From assembly GCA_028749205.1 (NCBI GenBank), contig JAQULR010000002.1, positions 59,644 through 123,643 on the forward strand: a DNA stretch of 64,000 bases. Direction: 5' to 3'. The first letter of the stretch is position 1; the number at the start of each line of letters is the position of its first letter. The notes beneath the pieces are model-generated. The model did no database searches. It saw only the letters and a program-made list of their open reading frames with translations, and was not told the origin of the DNA. This DNA comes from Acidobacteriota bacterium. GTDB taxonomy: Bacteria > Acidobacteriota > Aminicenantia > Aminicenantales > Saccharicenantaceae. Shown piece by piece: positions 38,972 through 49,356 of the stretch. The position numbers and the translations under genes are program-made.

Positions 38972-40756
38972 ATGAACCTAACCTCGCTTGACTTGATCAT
39001 AATAGTAGTTTCCATAGGTATCTGTTTTTTGCCTCCACTTATCCTCAGCCGCCGGGCCGGCAAGAACACGGCAGAATTTTTTACTTCTGGCCGAGCAGCC
39101 CCCTGGTGGTTGATTGGCATCTCGATGGTTGCCACCACCTTCAGCACCGACACCCCAAACCTGGTTACCAATATTGTTCGGAATGATGGGGTCGCTGGCA
39201 ATTGGGTCTGGTGGGCTTTTCTGCTGACCGGAATGATGACAGTATTTTTTTACGCCCGATTATGGAGAAGGTCCCAGGTCCTGACTGACCTGGAATTCTA
39301 TGAGCTTAGATATTCTGGTAAACCAGCTTCATTTGTCCGCGGTTTTAGAGCTATTTATTTGGGTCTCTTATTCAACTGTGTGATTATGGCTTCAGTCAAT
39401 CTAGCCGCAGCCAAGATAGCCAATGTCATCCTGGGCTGGCCTATGGCCAAAACCCTGATTTTCTGCGGTATCATTAACGTAACTTTTGCCGCTCTGGCCG
39501 GGCTCTGGGGAGTCTTAGTAGTTGATTTGATTCAGTTCGGCATAGCCATGACCGGGGCGATTTCGGCAGCCGTTTTCGCTCTTAAGCAGCCAGAAATAGG
39601 CGGTCTTTCAGGTTTATTCCAGAAACTCGATGCCCAGTCCATAAGCCTGTTGCCTGATTTTGGAAACTGGACGATTGCCCTATCAATATTCATCATACCA
39701 ATAGCCATCCAGTGGTGGTCTGTTTGGTATCCTGGAGCTGAACCCGGAGGAGGCAGCTACATTGCTCAGAGGATGCTGGCCGCCAAAAGTGAAAAGGACG
39801 CTTTGTCTGGGACTCTGTTTTTTAACTTCGCTCATTATGCTCTGAGACCCTGGCCCTGGATTTTGGTCGCCCTGTGTTCTTTCATCATTTACCCTGAACT
39901 TATAGACATTCAGAAAGCTTTTCCCGCAGTTGACCCCAAACTAATTGGGAATGATATGGCTTATCCGGCGATGCTCAGATTTCTGCCGCCAGGTTTTCTG
40001 GGAATCATGGTAGCCGGGATGCTGGCAGCTTATGTCTCCACCCTGGTGACTCATCTGAACTGGGGTAGTTCTTATCTGGTCCATGATTTTTACCGCCGTT
40101 TCATCAAAAAGGGAGCTGATGAAAAACATTACGTAACTGCCGGTAGAGTGATGACCGTCATTCTGATGATTCTAGCTTGCTTGCTAACTTTTATTCTGGA
40201 ATCAGCTAAAGCCAGTTTTGACCTGATGCTATCCATAGGAGCTGGAACCGGGCTGATTTATCTGCTACGCTGGTTTTGGTGGCGAATAAATGCCTGGTCA
40301 GAGATAGCCGCCATGGCCAGTTCTTTTTCAGTTGCAGTATATTTCTTTATCAAAGGGAAGTTGGGTAATCCTGTTCCCCAGCATATCTCGTTATTGGTGA
40401 CTATTGCCTTTACCACAGTTATTTGGCTGGCTGTTACCTATTTGACCAAACCGGTTAAAAAAGAAAAATTGATTTCTTTCTATAAGTTAGTCAAGCCGGC
40501 CGGCCCCGGCTGGAAAAAGATCCGAGCTGAATCAGGGTTGGATAGCTCTCCTGATAGCCTGACGTTGTCTTTTACTGGCTGGATTACTGGCTGCCTGTTC
40601 GTTTATTCAGCCCTGTTCGGTACAGGAGCTTACATCTATGGCCATATTTCTCTGGCTATTTTCTGGACAGGCCTTTTTGTCATCTCAACCTTTTTCCTGA
40701 TAAGAATAATCAAGAAAATTTGGGCAGAGGCTTCGAGTAAAACCTCAAATAACTAA
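38972..40756 (+). CDS. sodium:solute symporter (SSF) family transporter
   Basis: 13-14 TM helices, SSS-family architecture; 594 aa; in a sugar-utilisation operon. Confidence 0.85.
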   Translation: MNLTSLDLIIIVVSIGICFLPPLILSRRAGKNTAEFFTSGRAAPWWLIGISMVATTFSTDTPNLVTNIVRNDGVAGNWVWWAFLLTGMMTVFFYARLWRRSQVLTDLEFYELRYSGKPASFVRGFRAIYLGLLFNCVIMASVNLAAAKIANVILGWPMAKTLIFCGIINVTFAALAGLWGVLVVDLIQFGIAMTGAISAAVFALKQPEIGGLSGLFQKLDAQSISLLPDFGNWTIALSIFIIPIAIQWWSVWYPGAEPGGGSYIAQRMLAAKSEKDALSGTLFFNFAHYALRPWPWILVALCSFIIYPELIDIQKAFPAVDPKLIGNDMAYPAMLRFLPPGFLGIMVAGMLAAYVSTLVTHLNWGSSYLVHDFYRRFIKKGADEKHYVTAGRVMTVILMILACLLTFILESAKASFDLMLSIGAGTGLIYLLRWFWWRINAWSEIAAMASSFSVAVYFFIKGKLGNPVPQHISLLVTIAFTTVIWLAVTYLTKPVKKEKLISFYKLVKPAGPGWKKIRAESGLDSSPDSLTLSFTGWITGCLFVYSALFGTGAYIYGHISLAIFWTGLFVISTFFLIRIIKKIWAEASSKTSNN

Positions 40757-40758
40757 AG

Positions 40759-42273
40759 ATGGAAGCTAAACTTTACGCCTTAGGTCTTGACTCTGGCACC
40801 CAGGGAACTAAGGTCTTGGTGGTAGAGATAGAATCAGGAAAGGTTGAAGCCAGAAGCTATAGTCCTCATAAAATGATTTCCGGGCTCCAGCCGGGTGAAT
40901 CAGAACAGCATCCCCGAGACTGGATTGAAGCTGCAGACAGGGCAATAGATGAAGCCGTAAAGACAGCTGGAATAAAGCCAGAAGCTGTAGTCTGCCTGGG
41001 AATTTCTGCTCAGCAGCACGGATTTGTACCCTTAGATAAAGAGTTCCAACCAATACGACCAGCCAAACTCTGGAATGACACCTCCACCATTGAAGAAACA
41101 GAAGAAATAATCAGAGCTCTGGGGGGAAAAGAGGCCTTTATAGAAAAACTGGGGATTAATCTGGCAGTGGGTTATACCGCTTCAAAAATCCTTTGGTTAA
41201 AAAAGCATGAACCGGAAAATTATAACCGACTCTATCTGGTTCTTTTGCCTCATAATTATTTAAATCTTTATTTAACTGGCCAAGCCCAAATGGAATATGG
41301 AGATGCTTCTGGAACTGGTCTAATGGACATTAGAAAACGATGCTGGCATCAAGAAGCTCTTAAAACTATCGACCCCAGTTTAAAGGAAAAACTACCCCCA
41401 ATAAGTCATCCGGCTGAACCAGTGGGATATATAAGGGATAAGATTGCTCAAAAATTCGGCTTCGGCCGAGTTCTGGTCTCAGCTGGCGGTGGTGACAACA
41501 TGATGGCCGCCATTGGGACCGGTAATGTTGTGACAGGAATCGGAACTGTAAGTCTGGGAACTTCAGGAACAGTCTTTTTTTATTCGCCAGAGGCTTTGAT
41601 TGATCCCGAGGGAGAAATTGCTGCCTTTTGTGATAGCACCGGAGGCTGGCTTCCCCTGCTTTGTACTATGAATGTCACCAACGTCACCGAACTTTTCAAA
41701 AAATTGCTCAACCTGAGTAATGAAGAACTGGAAAAGCTAATAAAAGATTCTGAACCAGGAGCAGCGGGATTAATTTTTTTGCCTTTTATAGATGGGGAGA
41801 GAGTCCCAACTCTCCCCAAAGCTTCAGCTGTTTTATTTGGCTTAAACCGCCTTAATTTTAACCGCACTAACCTCGCCAGAGCCATAGTCGAGGGGACAAT
41901 TTTAAATCTGGGATACGGCTTATCCAGGATGAAATCTTTAGGCCTTAGAGCCGAAGAATTCCGGGCCACTGGTGGTGGAGCTCGAAGTCAGGCCTGGCTG
42001 CAGATAGTGGCTGATATCTTTGTCAGTCCGGTAGTTACCGTGAAAGAACCAGAATCAGCAGCTTATGGGGCTGCTCTTCAAGCGATCTGGTGTTACCTGA
42101 AGGAGAAAAGAGCCAGAATAGGTTTGGACGAATTAACTAAAAAACTTGTCAAGAAAGAGGCTCCAACTATTATTCCAAATTATAAAAATTCAGATCTTTA
42201 TCAGGAACTTCAGAGCAGGTTCAATTCTCTATGGCAGAGCCTTTTTCAGAATTCGAGGGATTCCGCTAATTAA
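40759..42273 (+). CDS. FGGY-family carbohydrate kinase (xylulokinase/glycerol-kinase-like)
   Basis: N-terminal LGLDSGTQGTKV and C-terminal GGGARS motifs typical of FGGY kinases; 504 aa. Confidence 0.8.
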   Translation: MEAKLYALGLDSGTQGTKVLVVEIESGKVEARSYSPHKMISGLQPGESEQHPRDWIEAADRAIDEAVKTAGIKPEAVVCLGISAQQHGFVPLDKEFQPIRPAKLWNDTSTIEETEEIIRALGGKEAFIEKLGINLAVGYTASKILWLKKHEPENYNRLYLVLLPHNYLNLYLTGQAQMEYGDASGTGLMDIRKRCWHQEALKTIDPSLKEKLPPISHPAEPVGYIRDKIAQKFGFGRVLVSAGGGDNMMAAIGTGNVVTGIGTVSLGTSGTVFFYSPEALIDPEGEIAAFCDSTGGWLPLLCTMNVTNVTELFKKLLNLSNEELEKLIKDSEPGAAGLIFLPFIDGERVPTLPKASAVLFGLNRLNFNRTNLARAIVEGTILNLGYGLSRMKSLGLRAEEFRATGGGARSQAWLQIVADIFVSPVVTVKEPESAAYGAALQAIWCYLKEKRARIGLDELTKKLVKKEAPTIIPNYKNSDLYQELQSRFNSLWQSLFQNSRDSAN

Positions 42274-42343
42274 GCCGCTTTACTCACTTCTAGACAGATC
42301 TTTTTAGGCAGAGGCTGGCCGGTTAGGCCCAGGCTTTAAGTCT

Positions 42344-43906
42344 TTAATGCTTGTGTAAGTCTTTGTGCATTATTTTCCGAAGCAAGACTTTTTGATCTTC
42401 AGAAGACAATGAGGATAATTGCTGACTCAAATTATCATCCTCCTCTGCTTCCAGCATCCTAATCACATACTCAATTATACTGGATGGAAAGACCAGCTCC
42501 CGTTCATAAAGATCTCTTTTTTCCCTAAGAATTTGAGCCGAGGCCTGACAGCTTCCCGGCAGTTGTCTTAGGCTTTCCAGCAATTTTTTATCTCGGAAGA
42601 TATTTCCACTAACGTATAGTTTATTGGCCAGTTCCAGGGCCTCTTTTCCCCAGAGATCAGCGGTCTCAGGGTTAAGGCCCCAATCGGCAGCCATAGTCAA
42701 ACCAGCCAGGAAAAGGTGAATTAGAGCGTTTCCATCAGCTGTTCTCAACTCGACAGTTTGCCGACTTTCAGGAAGGGAAAAAGGCTCTGTTTCCTCCGGG
42801 TTAACTATAGTTGATAGATTACAGACCTTAGTCCAGCCCAAAGGAACTCTGATCATGGCACTGCGGTTTAGGTCACTCCAGCATATCCTGGTTGGAGCTT
42901 CTTGATTAGGGACAAGCCTTAAATATGAGGAAGCTACAGTGTTACCAAAGGCTGTAAGAGAATCAGAGTAATGGCAGAGGCCGCCTATGAGTTGCCGAGC
43001 TTCCCGGCTTAAGCTGCCATCCGACCCGGTCATGATGTTGTGATTTTTACGCCTTAGTTCCAGATGAAAATGAAGACCGTTTCCAGCAATCCCTTCTTCA
43101 ATTTTAGGAGTAAAGGTGACCACCATGCCATGCCTAAAAGCAACATTCCTTATTATCCATTTAGCCAGTATCAGATGGTTGCCGCAATCTTCAACTATTT
43201 CTGGCAGGAACTCTATCTCCATCTGTTCTGCTTTCTTGCCCTTGATTTCTGCTATCTCACTTTCAATTTTATCCAGATAACCAACTTCACTATGAGCATA
43301 CTTTACCGCTCCGCATATCTGGGCTATTAATCTGACCATTTCATCTAAAACATAGCCAGTTTTGAAAAAAGGTGATGAGGAATGATAACCTCGTTGTTTC
43401 TGAGCAGGATAGATGTCCGGCAGGTCACTACATAGATAGAATTCCAGCTCACCCAGAGCTCGTAGTTCCATTCCGGTATGCTTTTTAAACGTTTGATGAG
43501 CCCGAATCAAAATATTATCCACCGCAAAGCGAATTGGCACCCCTTCGTTGTCCAGAAACCGGCAGATAAAATCCAGGCTTTTGTCATCAAACGGATTTAA
43601 GAAGGCCGAACTAAAAGCCGGAACCACATACAGATCTGATAACCCAGCATCTACCAGTCCTTTGTAGAGGGAAGAGCCATCTACTCTCTCCCCTTCAGCC
43701 AAGATGGTTTCAGCTTGAACGGCATCAGTTACCGGTATTTTTAACTCTTTGAGTTTACTATCAAGACCAACATAGTGAAAGGTAATCTTATCCAGTTCTC
43801 TTTCCTCAATTATTTTCAAGAAATCCTGTCTCCTAAAATCTTGGGGTTCTTTATCCAGCAGAGCAGAAACTGGATTACTTAGAGAAAAAACTTTTTTTAA
43901 GACCAT
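42344..43906 (-). CDS. glutamine synthetase family protein (type I-like catalytic domain, divergent, C-terminal extension)
   Basis: GNGLHFHLE (cf. GSGMHCH), RLVPNQEAPTRICWSDLNRSAMIRVP (cf. GS RLVPGYEAP...NRSAxIR), N-terminal beta-grasp; 520 aa. Confidence 0.7.
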   Translation of the reverse strand: MVLKKVFSLSNPVSALLDKEPQDFRRQDFLKIIEERELDKITFHYVGLDSKLKELKIPVTDAVQAETILAEGERVDGSSLYKGLVDAGLSDLYVVPAFSSAFLNPFDDKSLDFICRFLDNEGVPIRFAVDNILIRAHQTFKKHTGMELRALGELEFYLCSDLPDIYPAQKQRGYHSSSPFFKTGYVLDEMVRLIAQICGAVKYAHSEVGYLDKIESEIAEIKGKKAEQMEIEFLPEIVEDCGNHLILAKWIIRNVAFRHGMVVTFTPKIEEGIAGNGLHFHLELRRKNHNIMTGSDGSLSREARQLIGGLCHYSDSLTAFGNTVASSYLRLVPNQEAPTRICWSDLNRSAMIRVPLGWTKVCNLSTIVNPEETEPFSLPESRQTVELRTADGNALIHLFLAGLTMAADWGLNPETADLWGKEALELANKLYVSGNIFRDKKLLESLRQLPGSCQASAQILREKRDLYERELVFPSSIIEYVIRMLEAEEDDNLSQQLSSLSSEDQKVLLRKIMHKDLHKH

Positions 43907-43952
43907 GATAACCTATCCTTTTAAATTTAATTATTTTTCTAAGTTTTATTAT

Positions 43953-44018
43953 CCCGAATTAATCACCAATAATCCAGTTAAACCTGCTTTATTCCTCTTC
44001 ACCATAAAGAAATCAGGG
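43953..44018 (+). repeat. intergenic repeat family copy upstream of the GS-family gene
   Basis: CCCGAATTAATCACCAATAATCCAGT + TAAACCTGCTTTATTCC + ...GAAATCAGGGAC. Confidence 0.6.
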
Positions 44019-44113
44019 ACAAGAACCGATTATATAAAATCATCTCAGACTCCATATTTTTTTAACGATGATGGAAAATATCATGACCGGTTTAGTTTTA
44101 TTTATAATTGAGT

Positions 44114-45463
44114 TTAATATAAAAGAAAAGGCTTCCGAAGTTTTTCGAATTCTTTAAGACCTGATTCAAGGCTTTTAACAATCTCTTCCGGGGAAAGACC
44201 AGACTGGAGGGCCTGTCTGATTTCAGAATTACCCATAATTTTGTCGAAATATTCAGGATGAAAATTAAAGTCATCCGGATACCTATCCAAAACTGTTCTA
44301 ATTATCCAGAGGGTAGTTAAAAAAGGAGCAAAAGAATCTCGGTCGGTTATATGCAGCTGGCAGCCGCCACACAACTGACCCTGAAATTTGGAAAAGCTTG
44401 GCGTAAACCAGGCTTCTCGGAAGATGACACCGGGCAAGCCAAGCTGGTTGAGTTTCTCAGAGAGCTCATGGCCATCTATCCAGGGAGCGCCAAAAAGTTC
44501 AAAAGGCCTGGTAGTTCCTCGGCCTTCTGAGATATTAGTTCCTTCAAGATAGACCTGCCCGGGATAAACTGTGGCTGTCTCCAGAGTTGGCATATTCGGT
44601 GAAGGCATCACCCAGGGCAATCCTGTCTGGTCAAACCACATCTCTCTCTTCCATCCTTCTACTGGGATGACCGTTAAACCAACCTTTTTTCCCAAAAACC
44701 TATCGTTAAATAAATTGGCCAGCTCGCCAGCCGTCATTCCATGCCGAAGTGGGATAGGATAAAGGCCAACAAAAGAGCTGAAGTCTGGATATTTCAGTAT
44801 GGCTCCTTCTAAAAATAGCCCGTTAATTGGATTAGGCCGGTCCAGCACTATGAAATCAATCCCCAGCTCAGCACAGGCTTCCATGGCGTAAGCCATGGTG
44901 GCGATATAAGTATAAACCCTGGTTCCCACATCTTGAATATCAAAAATCATCACCTCAATTTCTTCTATCATATTCTTTTCTGGAACCTTACCAGTTATCT
45001 GGGTATCAAAAGATCTCATGTAGTCATCAATATTCTTCAACATTCCTGGGTGTGGTCTTAAGGACTGTCCATAAAGGCTGAAAACTGGAAGCTGATATTT
45101 ATCATCAAAATAGAAAGGCACATATTCTCCAGCCTGAGCATTTCCTCTAATCCCGTGTTCAGGTCCATAGAGAGCCACTAGATCGACTTCAGGGGTAACC
45201 TGAAGCAGGCTGGTGGTTGATTTCAATTGTGAATCAACTCCTGAAGGATTGGTAATTAAGCCAACCCTCTTGCCACCGACCAAGTCCAGGTGTTTTTCTA
45301 TAAATACTTCTACGCCTGGTCTTACCTCGGCCTCTCTGGAGACTGGTGATTCCTCCAGCTTTCCTTTTTGGCAGGAGGTCAGAAAAAAACATCCTAAAAT
45401 TATTCCCAGCAAAACTATAAATACCCGCAAGAAAGTTTTTCTCAAAGATAAATCACCAGGCAT
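44114..45463 (-). CDS. DUF1343 family lipoprotein (NamZ-like exo-beta-N-acetylmuramidase family)
   Basis: Lipobox LTSC; RVGLITNPSGVD ... LYGPEHGIRG motif characteristic of DUF1343/NamZ. Confidence 0.6.
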   Translation of the reverse strand: MPGDLSLRKTFLRVFIVLLGIILGCFFLTSCQKGKLEESPVSREAEVRPGVEVFIEKHLDLVGGKRVGLITNPSGVDSQLKSTTSLLQVTPEVDLVALYGPEHGIRGNAQAGEYVPFYFDDKYQLPVFSLYGQSLRPHPGMLKNIDDYMRSFDTQITGKVPEKNMIEEIEVMIFDIQDVGTRVYTYIATMAYAMEACAELGIDFIVLDRPNPINGLFLEGAILKYPDFSSFVGLYPIPLRHGMTAGELANLFNDRFLGKKVGLTVIPVEGWKREMWFDQTGLPWVMPSPNMPTLETATVYPGQVYLEGTNISEGRGTTRPFELFGAPWIDGHELSEKLNQLGLPGVIFREAWFTPSFSKFQGQLCGGCQLHITDRDSFAPFLTTLWIIRTVLDRYPDDFNFHPEYFDKIMGNSEIRQALQSGLSPEEIVKSLESGLKEFEKLRKPFLLY

Positions 45464-45496
45464 TCGATCCTCCCTCTAATTAACCGGTAATATTAG

Positions 45497-45520
45497 CCTG
45501 GGATTATTTATATAATCAAT
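45497..45520 (+). repeat. intergenic repeat family, left-arm partial copy upstream of NamZ-like gene
   Basis: CCTGGGATTATTTATATAATC. Confidence 0.35.
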
Positions 45521-45686
45521 GATATCTAAAGGCAAGAGAAAGATGTTGTTTTAGAATAGATTACCAATTTCCATCTAATATATTACCTAGATAGCTATTA
45601 TCCTTCTTTTACCATGGCTTGATATTCAGGGCGGGCTAATAATAAAATCATAATTGACCTCAATAAAATAGGAAGAGAGGTGCTCT

Positions 45687-48362
45687 ATGTTAGCAGAAAG
45701 ATATTTTGGGAAAAAATTCATATTTCTATTAATAAGTCTCATCAGTATAATTCTGCTGGCCTCAAGCTGCAGCCGCCGAGAGCACTTTCTTAATGATAAG
45801 GCCTATCGACGCCTGGTCCATAACCAGTACCTGAATAGAGCTAGAGCGGCCAGTGGCCGTGACCAAGAACTTTTTTCAGTCATGAAAAAACCTTTAAGTC
45901 TTGAAGAAAAAGAAGCTCTGGAGTTTCTATATGCCTTTATGCCTCTCAGTGACTTGGCCAATCTGGACGGTGAATATTATCTGGAACAGGTCAGAATAGC
46001 TCTGGAGGCCAGGAGATATTTCAGCTGGGGGGAGAAAATTCCCGAAGTTATCTTTCGTCATTTCGTTTTGCCCTATAGGGTTAATAATGAAAACCCTGAC
46101 CGGGCTCGGAGGATTTTTTTCGATGAGCTGAAAAACCGGATAAAAGGGCTCGATATGTATCAGGCTGCTCTGGAGGTTAACCACTGGTGCCATGAAAAGG
46201 TAACCTACCAACCCACCGATGAAAGAACCTCTGCCCCGCTGGCTACAGTTAAAACCGCCTATGGCCGGTGTGGAGAAGAATCAACATTTACAGTCGCGGC
46301 TCTCAGAGCAGTCAGCATCCCAGCCCGCCAGGTATATACACCCCGCTGGGCCCATATCGATGATAATCATGCCTGGGTTGAAGTCTGGGTTGATGGCCGC
46401 TGGTACTATCTTGGAGCCTGTGAACCTGAGCCTGAATTAAATATGGGCTGGTTTACCGGGCCAGCTAAGAGAGCTATGATGGTAGATACTACAGTCTACG
46501 GTCAATATAGTGGTCTGGAAGAAACACTTCAGAAGACAGACCTCTATACCAGAATTAATCAGCTCCCAATTTACGCCCCAACAACTACTCTGAAGGTAGA
46601 GGTTAGAGGTACCAACGGCCTCCCGGTTGCCGGAGCTAATGTAGATTTTTGCCTTTATAATTATGCAGAGTTTTATCCTATAGCTACTAAAACTACAGAC
46701 CAAGAAGGACAGACTTCTTTAGTTACTGGTCTGGGAGACATGATTGTTCAAGCCTATAAAGATCACCTGTTCACCTGGGCTAAAGTGACAGCTGGAACCA
46801 CAGAAACATTGAGGTTGACCCTGGCTGAACCTGATTTTTCGCCAAAAGAAATTGACCTCGATATCATACCTCCAGTCGTCCGAAGTGTTGAGTCTCCGGA
46901 TCCGGCCAAAGTTGAAGAAAATAACCGCCGCTTGCGTCTTGAAGACACCATTCGTCAGGCCTATGAGGCTTCTTTTATAAACCGGGATATAGCCCGAATC
47001 TTTTTTAGGGAAAAAGGCTTGCCTGAACAGCCAACCTGGGATTACTTGGAAACCAGTCGCGGCAACTGGCCAGAAATTTTAGATTATCTTTCTGCCTTGA
47101 AACCGGAAGAATTCAAAACCGGGCTTGGTCTGCTTGGTGTGGTCACTGAAAAAGATTTGCGGGATACCCGGGCCGAAATTTTTCTCGATCATCTCCGCCA
47201 GACACCTGAAAGGCCTAAAGATATGGACGAAAATATCTTTTGGAATTATGTCCTTTCTCCCAGAATAGGTCGAGAGCTTCTCAGTTCCTGGCGAGGTTAT
47301 TTAAGAGACAAATTTACCGAGGGTGAGATTTCTGAATTCAAAAGTCAACCCGAGAGTATTGCTGACTGGATAAAAGCCAACCTGAAGCTGGATACCAGCA
47401 ATTATTATCACGTTCCTTTATTGCCTCAGGGAGCTATGCAATTGGGCCGAGCTGATATCTACTCAATGAAGATTCTATTTGTGGCCATAGCCCGGACCCT
47501 GGGCATCCCTGCCAAAATTAACCCCGTTACGCAAAGACCGTGCTATTTTGACGGAGACGAATGGCCAGAAGTAATTTTTGAGACTGAAGATGGAATAACT
47601 GAAGTCCCGAAAAAATCCTGGCTAAAGATTTTTTATCATCCTCTGGAAGATCTTAAGCAACCTATTTATTCCAATCATTTTACATTAGCCAGGTTTACTC
47701 AGGGTAAATACCGAACTCTTGGATATGGTCACACGCCCTCTCTCAAATCATTCCCTGCTGAGCTTCAGGTTGATTCAGGTCATTATCTACTGGTAACTGG
47801 AAACCGCCAGCCCGATGGAAGCGTCCTGGCAAAGCTGAAATTTTTCGAGGTTCTGGCTGAACAGTCTGCAGAAATTCAGTTAACTTTAAGAACCAGTTTT
47901 CAGGAGCCAGCTGTCTCAGGCCAATTTACTACCGAAGCAGTCGTCTATGATCTCGACAGAGAAACTGGCCTTAACCTAACTGCTCTGACAGCTAACAGAA
48001 GTTTTATAATAGTTTTGATAGACCCAGATAAAGAGCCCACCAAACATCTGATGGAAGAAATTCAGGCCTTAGGAGACCAATTTTCTAAGTGGCCAGGTCT
48101 GGTCATAATTGCTGTGGCTAGAGACAGAATTCCTGAAGGCTTCAATCAGGACCTTTACCCAAAGCTACCTTCTTCCTCCAGGCTGGTTTATGATTCTGAT
48201 GCCGGACTTTACCAGTCGCTCACTCAAGCTCTGAAAAAGAAACAGCTTAGCTTGCCAGTGGTCATTTCTTGCCGTTCCAATGGTGATATTATTTTTTATT
48301 CTGAGGGATATCACCTTGGAACAGGAGAACAACTAGTCAAAACTCTCTTATGGCTGAACTAG
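45687..48362 (+). CDS. large lipoprotein with transglutaminase-like cysteine protease core
   Basis: Lipobox LASSC; YGRCGEESTF (Cys), HAWVEV (His), Asp downstream = transglutaminase-like catalytic triad; 891 aa. Confidence 0.65.
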   Translation: MLAERYFGKKFIFLLISLISIILLASSCSRREHFLNDKAYRRLVHNQYLNRARAASGRDQELFSVMKKPLSLEEKEALEFLYAFMPLSDLANLDGEYYLEQVRIALEARRYFSWGEKIPEVIFRHFVLPYRVNNENPDRARRIFFDELKNRIKGLDMYQAALEVNHWCHEKVTYQPTDERTSAPLATVKTAYGRCGEESTFTVAALRAVSIPARQVYTPRWAHIDDNHAWVEVWVDGRWYYLGACEPEPELNMGWFTGPAKRAMMVDTTVYGQYSGLEETLQKTDLYTRINQLPIYAPTTTLKVEVRGTNGLPVAGANVDFCLYNYAEFYPIATKTTDQEGQTSLVTGLGDMIVQAYKDHLFTWAKVTAGTTETLRLTLAEPDFSPKEIDLDIIPPVVRSVESPDPAKVEENNRRLRLEDTIRQAYEASFINRDIARIFFREKGLPEQPTWDYLETSRGNWPEILDYLSALKPEEFKTGLGLLGVVTEKDLRDTRAEIFLDHLRQTPERPKDMDENIFWNYVLSPRIGRELLSSWRGYLRDKFTEGEISEFKSQPESIADWIKANLKLDTSNYYHVPLLPQGAMQLGRADIYSMKILFVAIARTLGIPAKINPVTQRPCYFDGDEWPEVIFETEDGITEVPKKSWLKIFYHPLEDLKQPIYSNHFTLARFTQGKYRTLGYGHTPSLKSFPAELQVDSGHYLLVTGNRQPDGSVLAKLKFFEVLAEQSAEIQLTLRTSFQEPAVSGQFTTEAVVYDLDRETGLNLTALTANRSFIIVLIDPDKEPTKHLMEEIQALGDQFSKWPGLVIIAVARDRIPEGFNQDLYPKLPSSSRLVYDSDAGLYQSLTQALKKKQLSLPVVISCRSNGDIIFYSEGYHLGTGEQLVKTLLWLN

Positions 48363-48416
48363 GTTCCAGAAGCTGAAATAAGAACAATTTATCAGATTGG
48401 CCATCAGGCAGTTTGA

Positions 48417-48448
48417 CCTGGATTATTTATGAGTATGAGTAATCTAGA
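48417..48448 (+). repeat. intergenic repeat family, palindrome-only variant
   Basis: CCTGGATTATTT-ATGAGTATGAGT-AATCTAGA (right arm = revcomp of the CTAGATTACT variant); second CCAGGATTATAT at 48486. Confidence 0.5.
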
Positions 48449-48539
48449 TTTAAAAAATACAGGCTGTGGCTGGCAGTGGAATAGCCAGGATTATATAATA
48501 TTTATGAAGTAGAAAAACTTAAAATCTGTTAATAGACCA

Positions 48540-49232
48540 ATGGCTGGAAAGTTTACCCTTGAATTACTCCAGGAATCCTTACCGTCACTACTCAAAGGTG
48601 AAAAACCCGGCCTGAGCACCCAGCTGAAGTTAAGCCCAATGCCTCCCCCTTCAATTTTAACTTTTCGGGATGTTTGGCCTTCATGCTTAAGAGCTGCTGT
48701 TCTTTTGTTACTTTACTCAAGGCATCGAGCACCCTATCTGGTATTTATCCGCAGGAGCAGCCAGGGCAATCACCACCAAAATCAAATATCCTTCCCAGGA
48801 GGACAGATAAACGAGCCCGAATCAGTTGAAGAAGCGGCTATAAGAGAAACTCAAGAAGAAATTGGCCTTAATATCGACAATATCTTGGTAGCCGGTGAGC
48901 TTACACCCCTGTATGTTCAAACCAGCAATTACTGTATTTTCCCAGTGGTCGCAATTACCAGAAGAAAACCGGTCTTTATTCCAAATGCAGTCGAGGTAGC
49001 TGAAGTTATAGAAGTTCCTCTGGCACATCTGATGGAAAGACAAAACTTAAAACAGGAAGTCTGGACACTTCGAGGCCAGGAGATGCTGGTGCCTTACTAT
49101 CAATACGGAGAACATAAAATCTGGGGAGCCACTGCTATGATTCTGGCTGAATTTCTGGAAATATTGACTCGGATTATCCATAGCCCAATAGATTATTCTC
49201 AGGGAAAATCTAGGAAGCTTAGGAAAACTTAG
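48540..49232 (+). CDS. Nudix hydrolase, CoA pyrophosphatase-like
   Basis: Nudix box GGQINEPESVEEAAIRETQEEIGL; upstream FPGG/SRH pattern as in NudL-type CoA pyrophosphatases. Confidence 0.75.
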   Translation: MAGKFTLELLQESLPSLLKGEKPGLSTQLKLSPMPPPSILTFRDVWPSCLRAAVLLLLYSRHRAPYLVFIRRSSQGNHHQNQISFPGGQINEPESVEEAAIRETQEEIGLNIDNILVAGELTPLYVQTSNYCIFPVVAITRRKPVFIPNAVEVAEVIEVPLAHLMERQNLKQEVWTLRGQEMLVPYYQYGEHKIWGATAMILAEFLEILTRIIHSPIDYSQGKSRKLRKT

Positions 49233-49356
49233 GAAATGATATAATTTTCTTAATGGGGTTTTCGCCTCTTATTTGTCTTGATATGAATTTTTTATTGTCT
49301 CCCTGAGTTTCCCGTGGAATAATCTGAAATATTGAAATAATTTTATGGAGGTTTCA

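Noticed and set aside
42274-42343. Hairpin terminator between convergent FGGY-kinase and GS-like genes (AGGCTGGCC...GGCCCAGGCT)
   Set aside because: The stem is imperfect and ambiguous and has no flanking T tract, so it is not reported as a feature.
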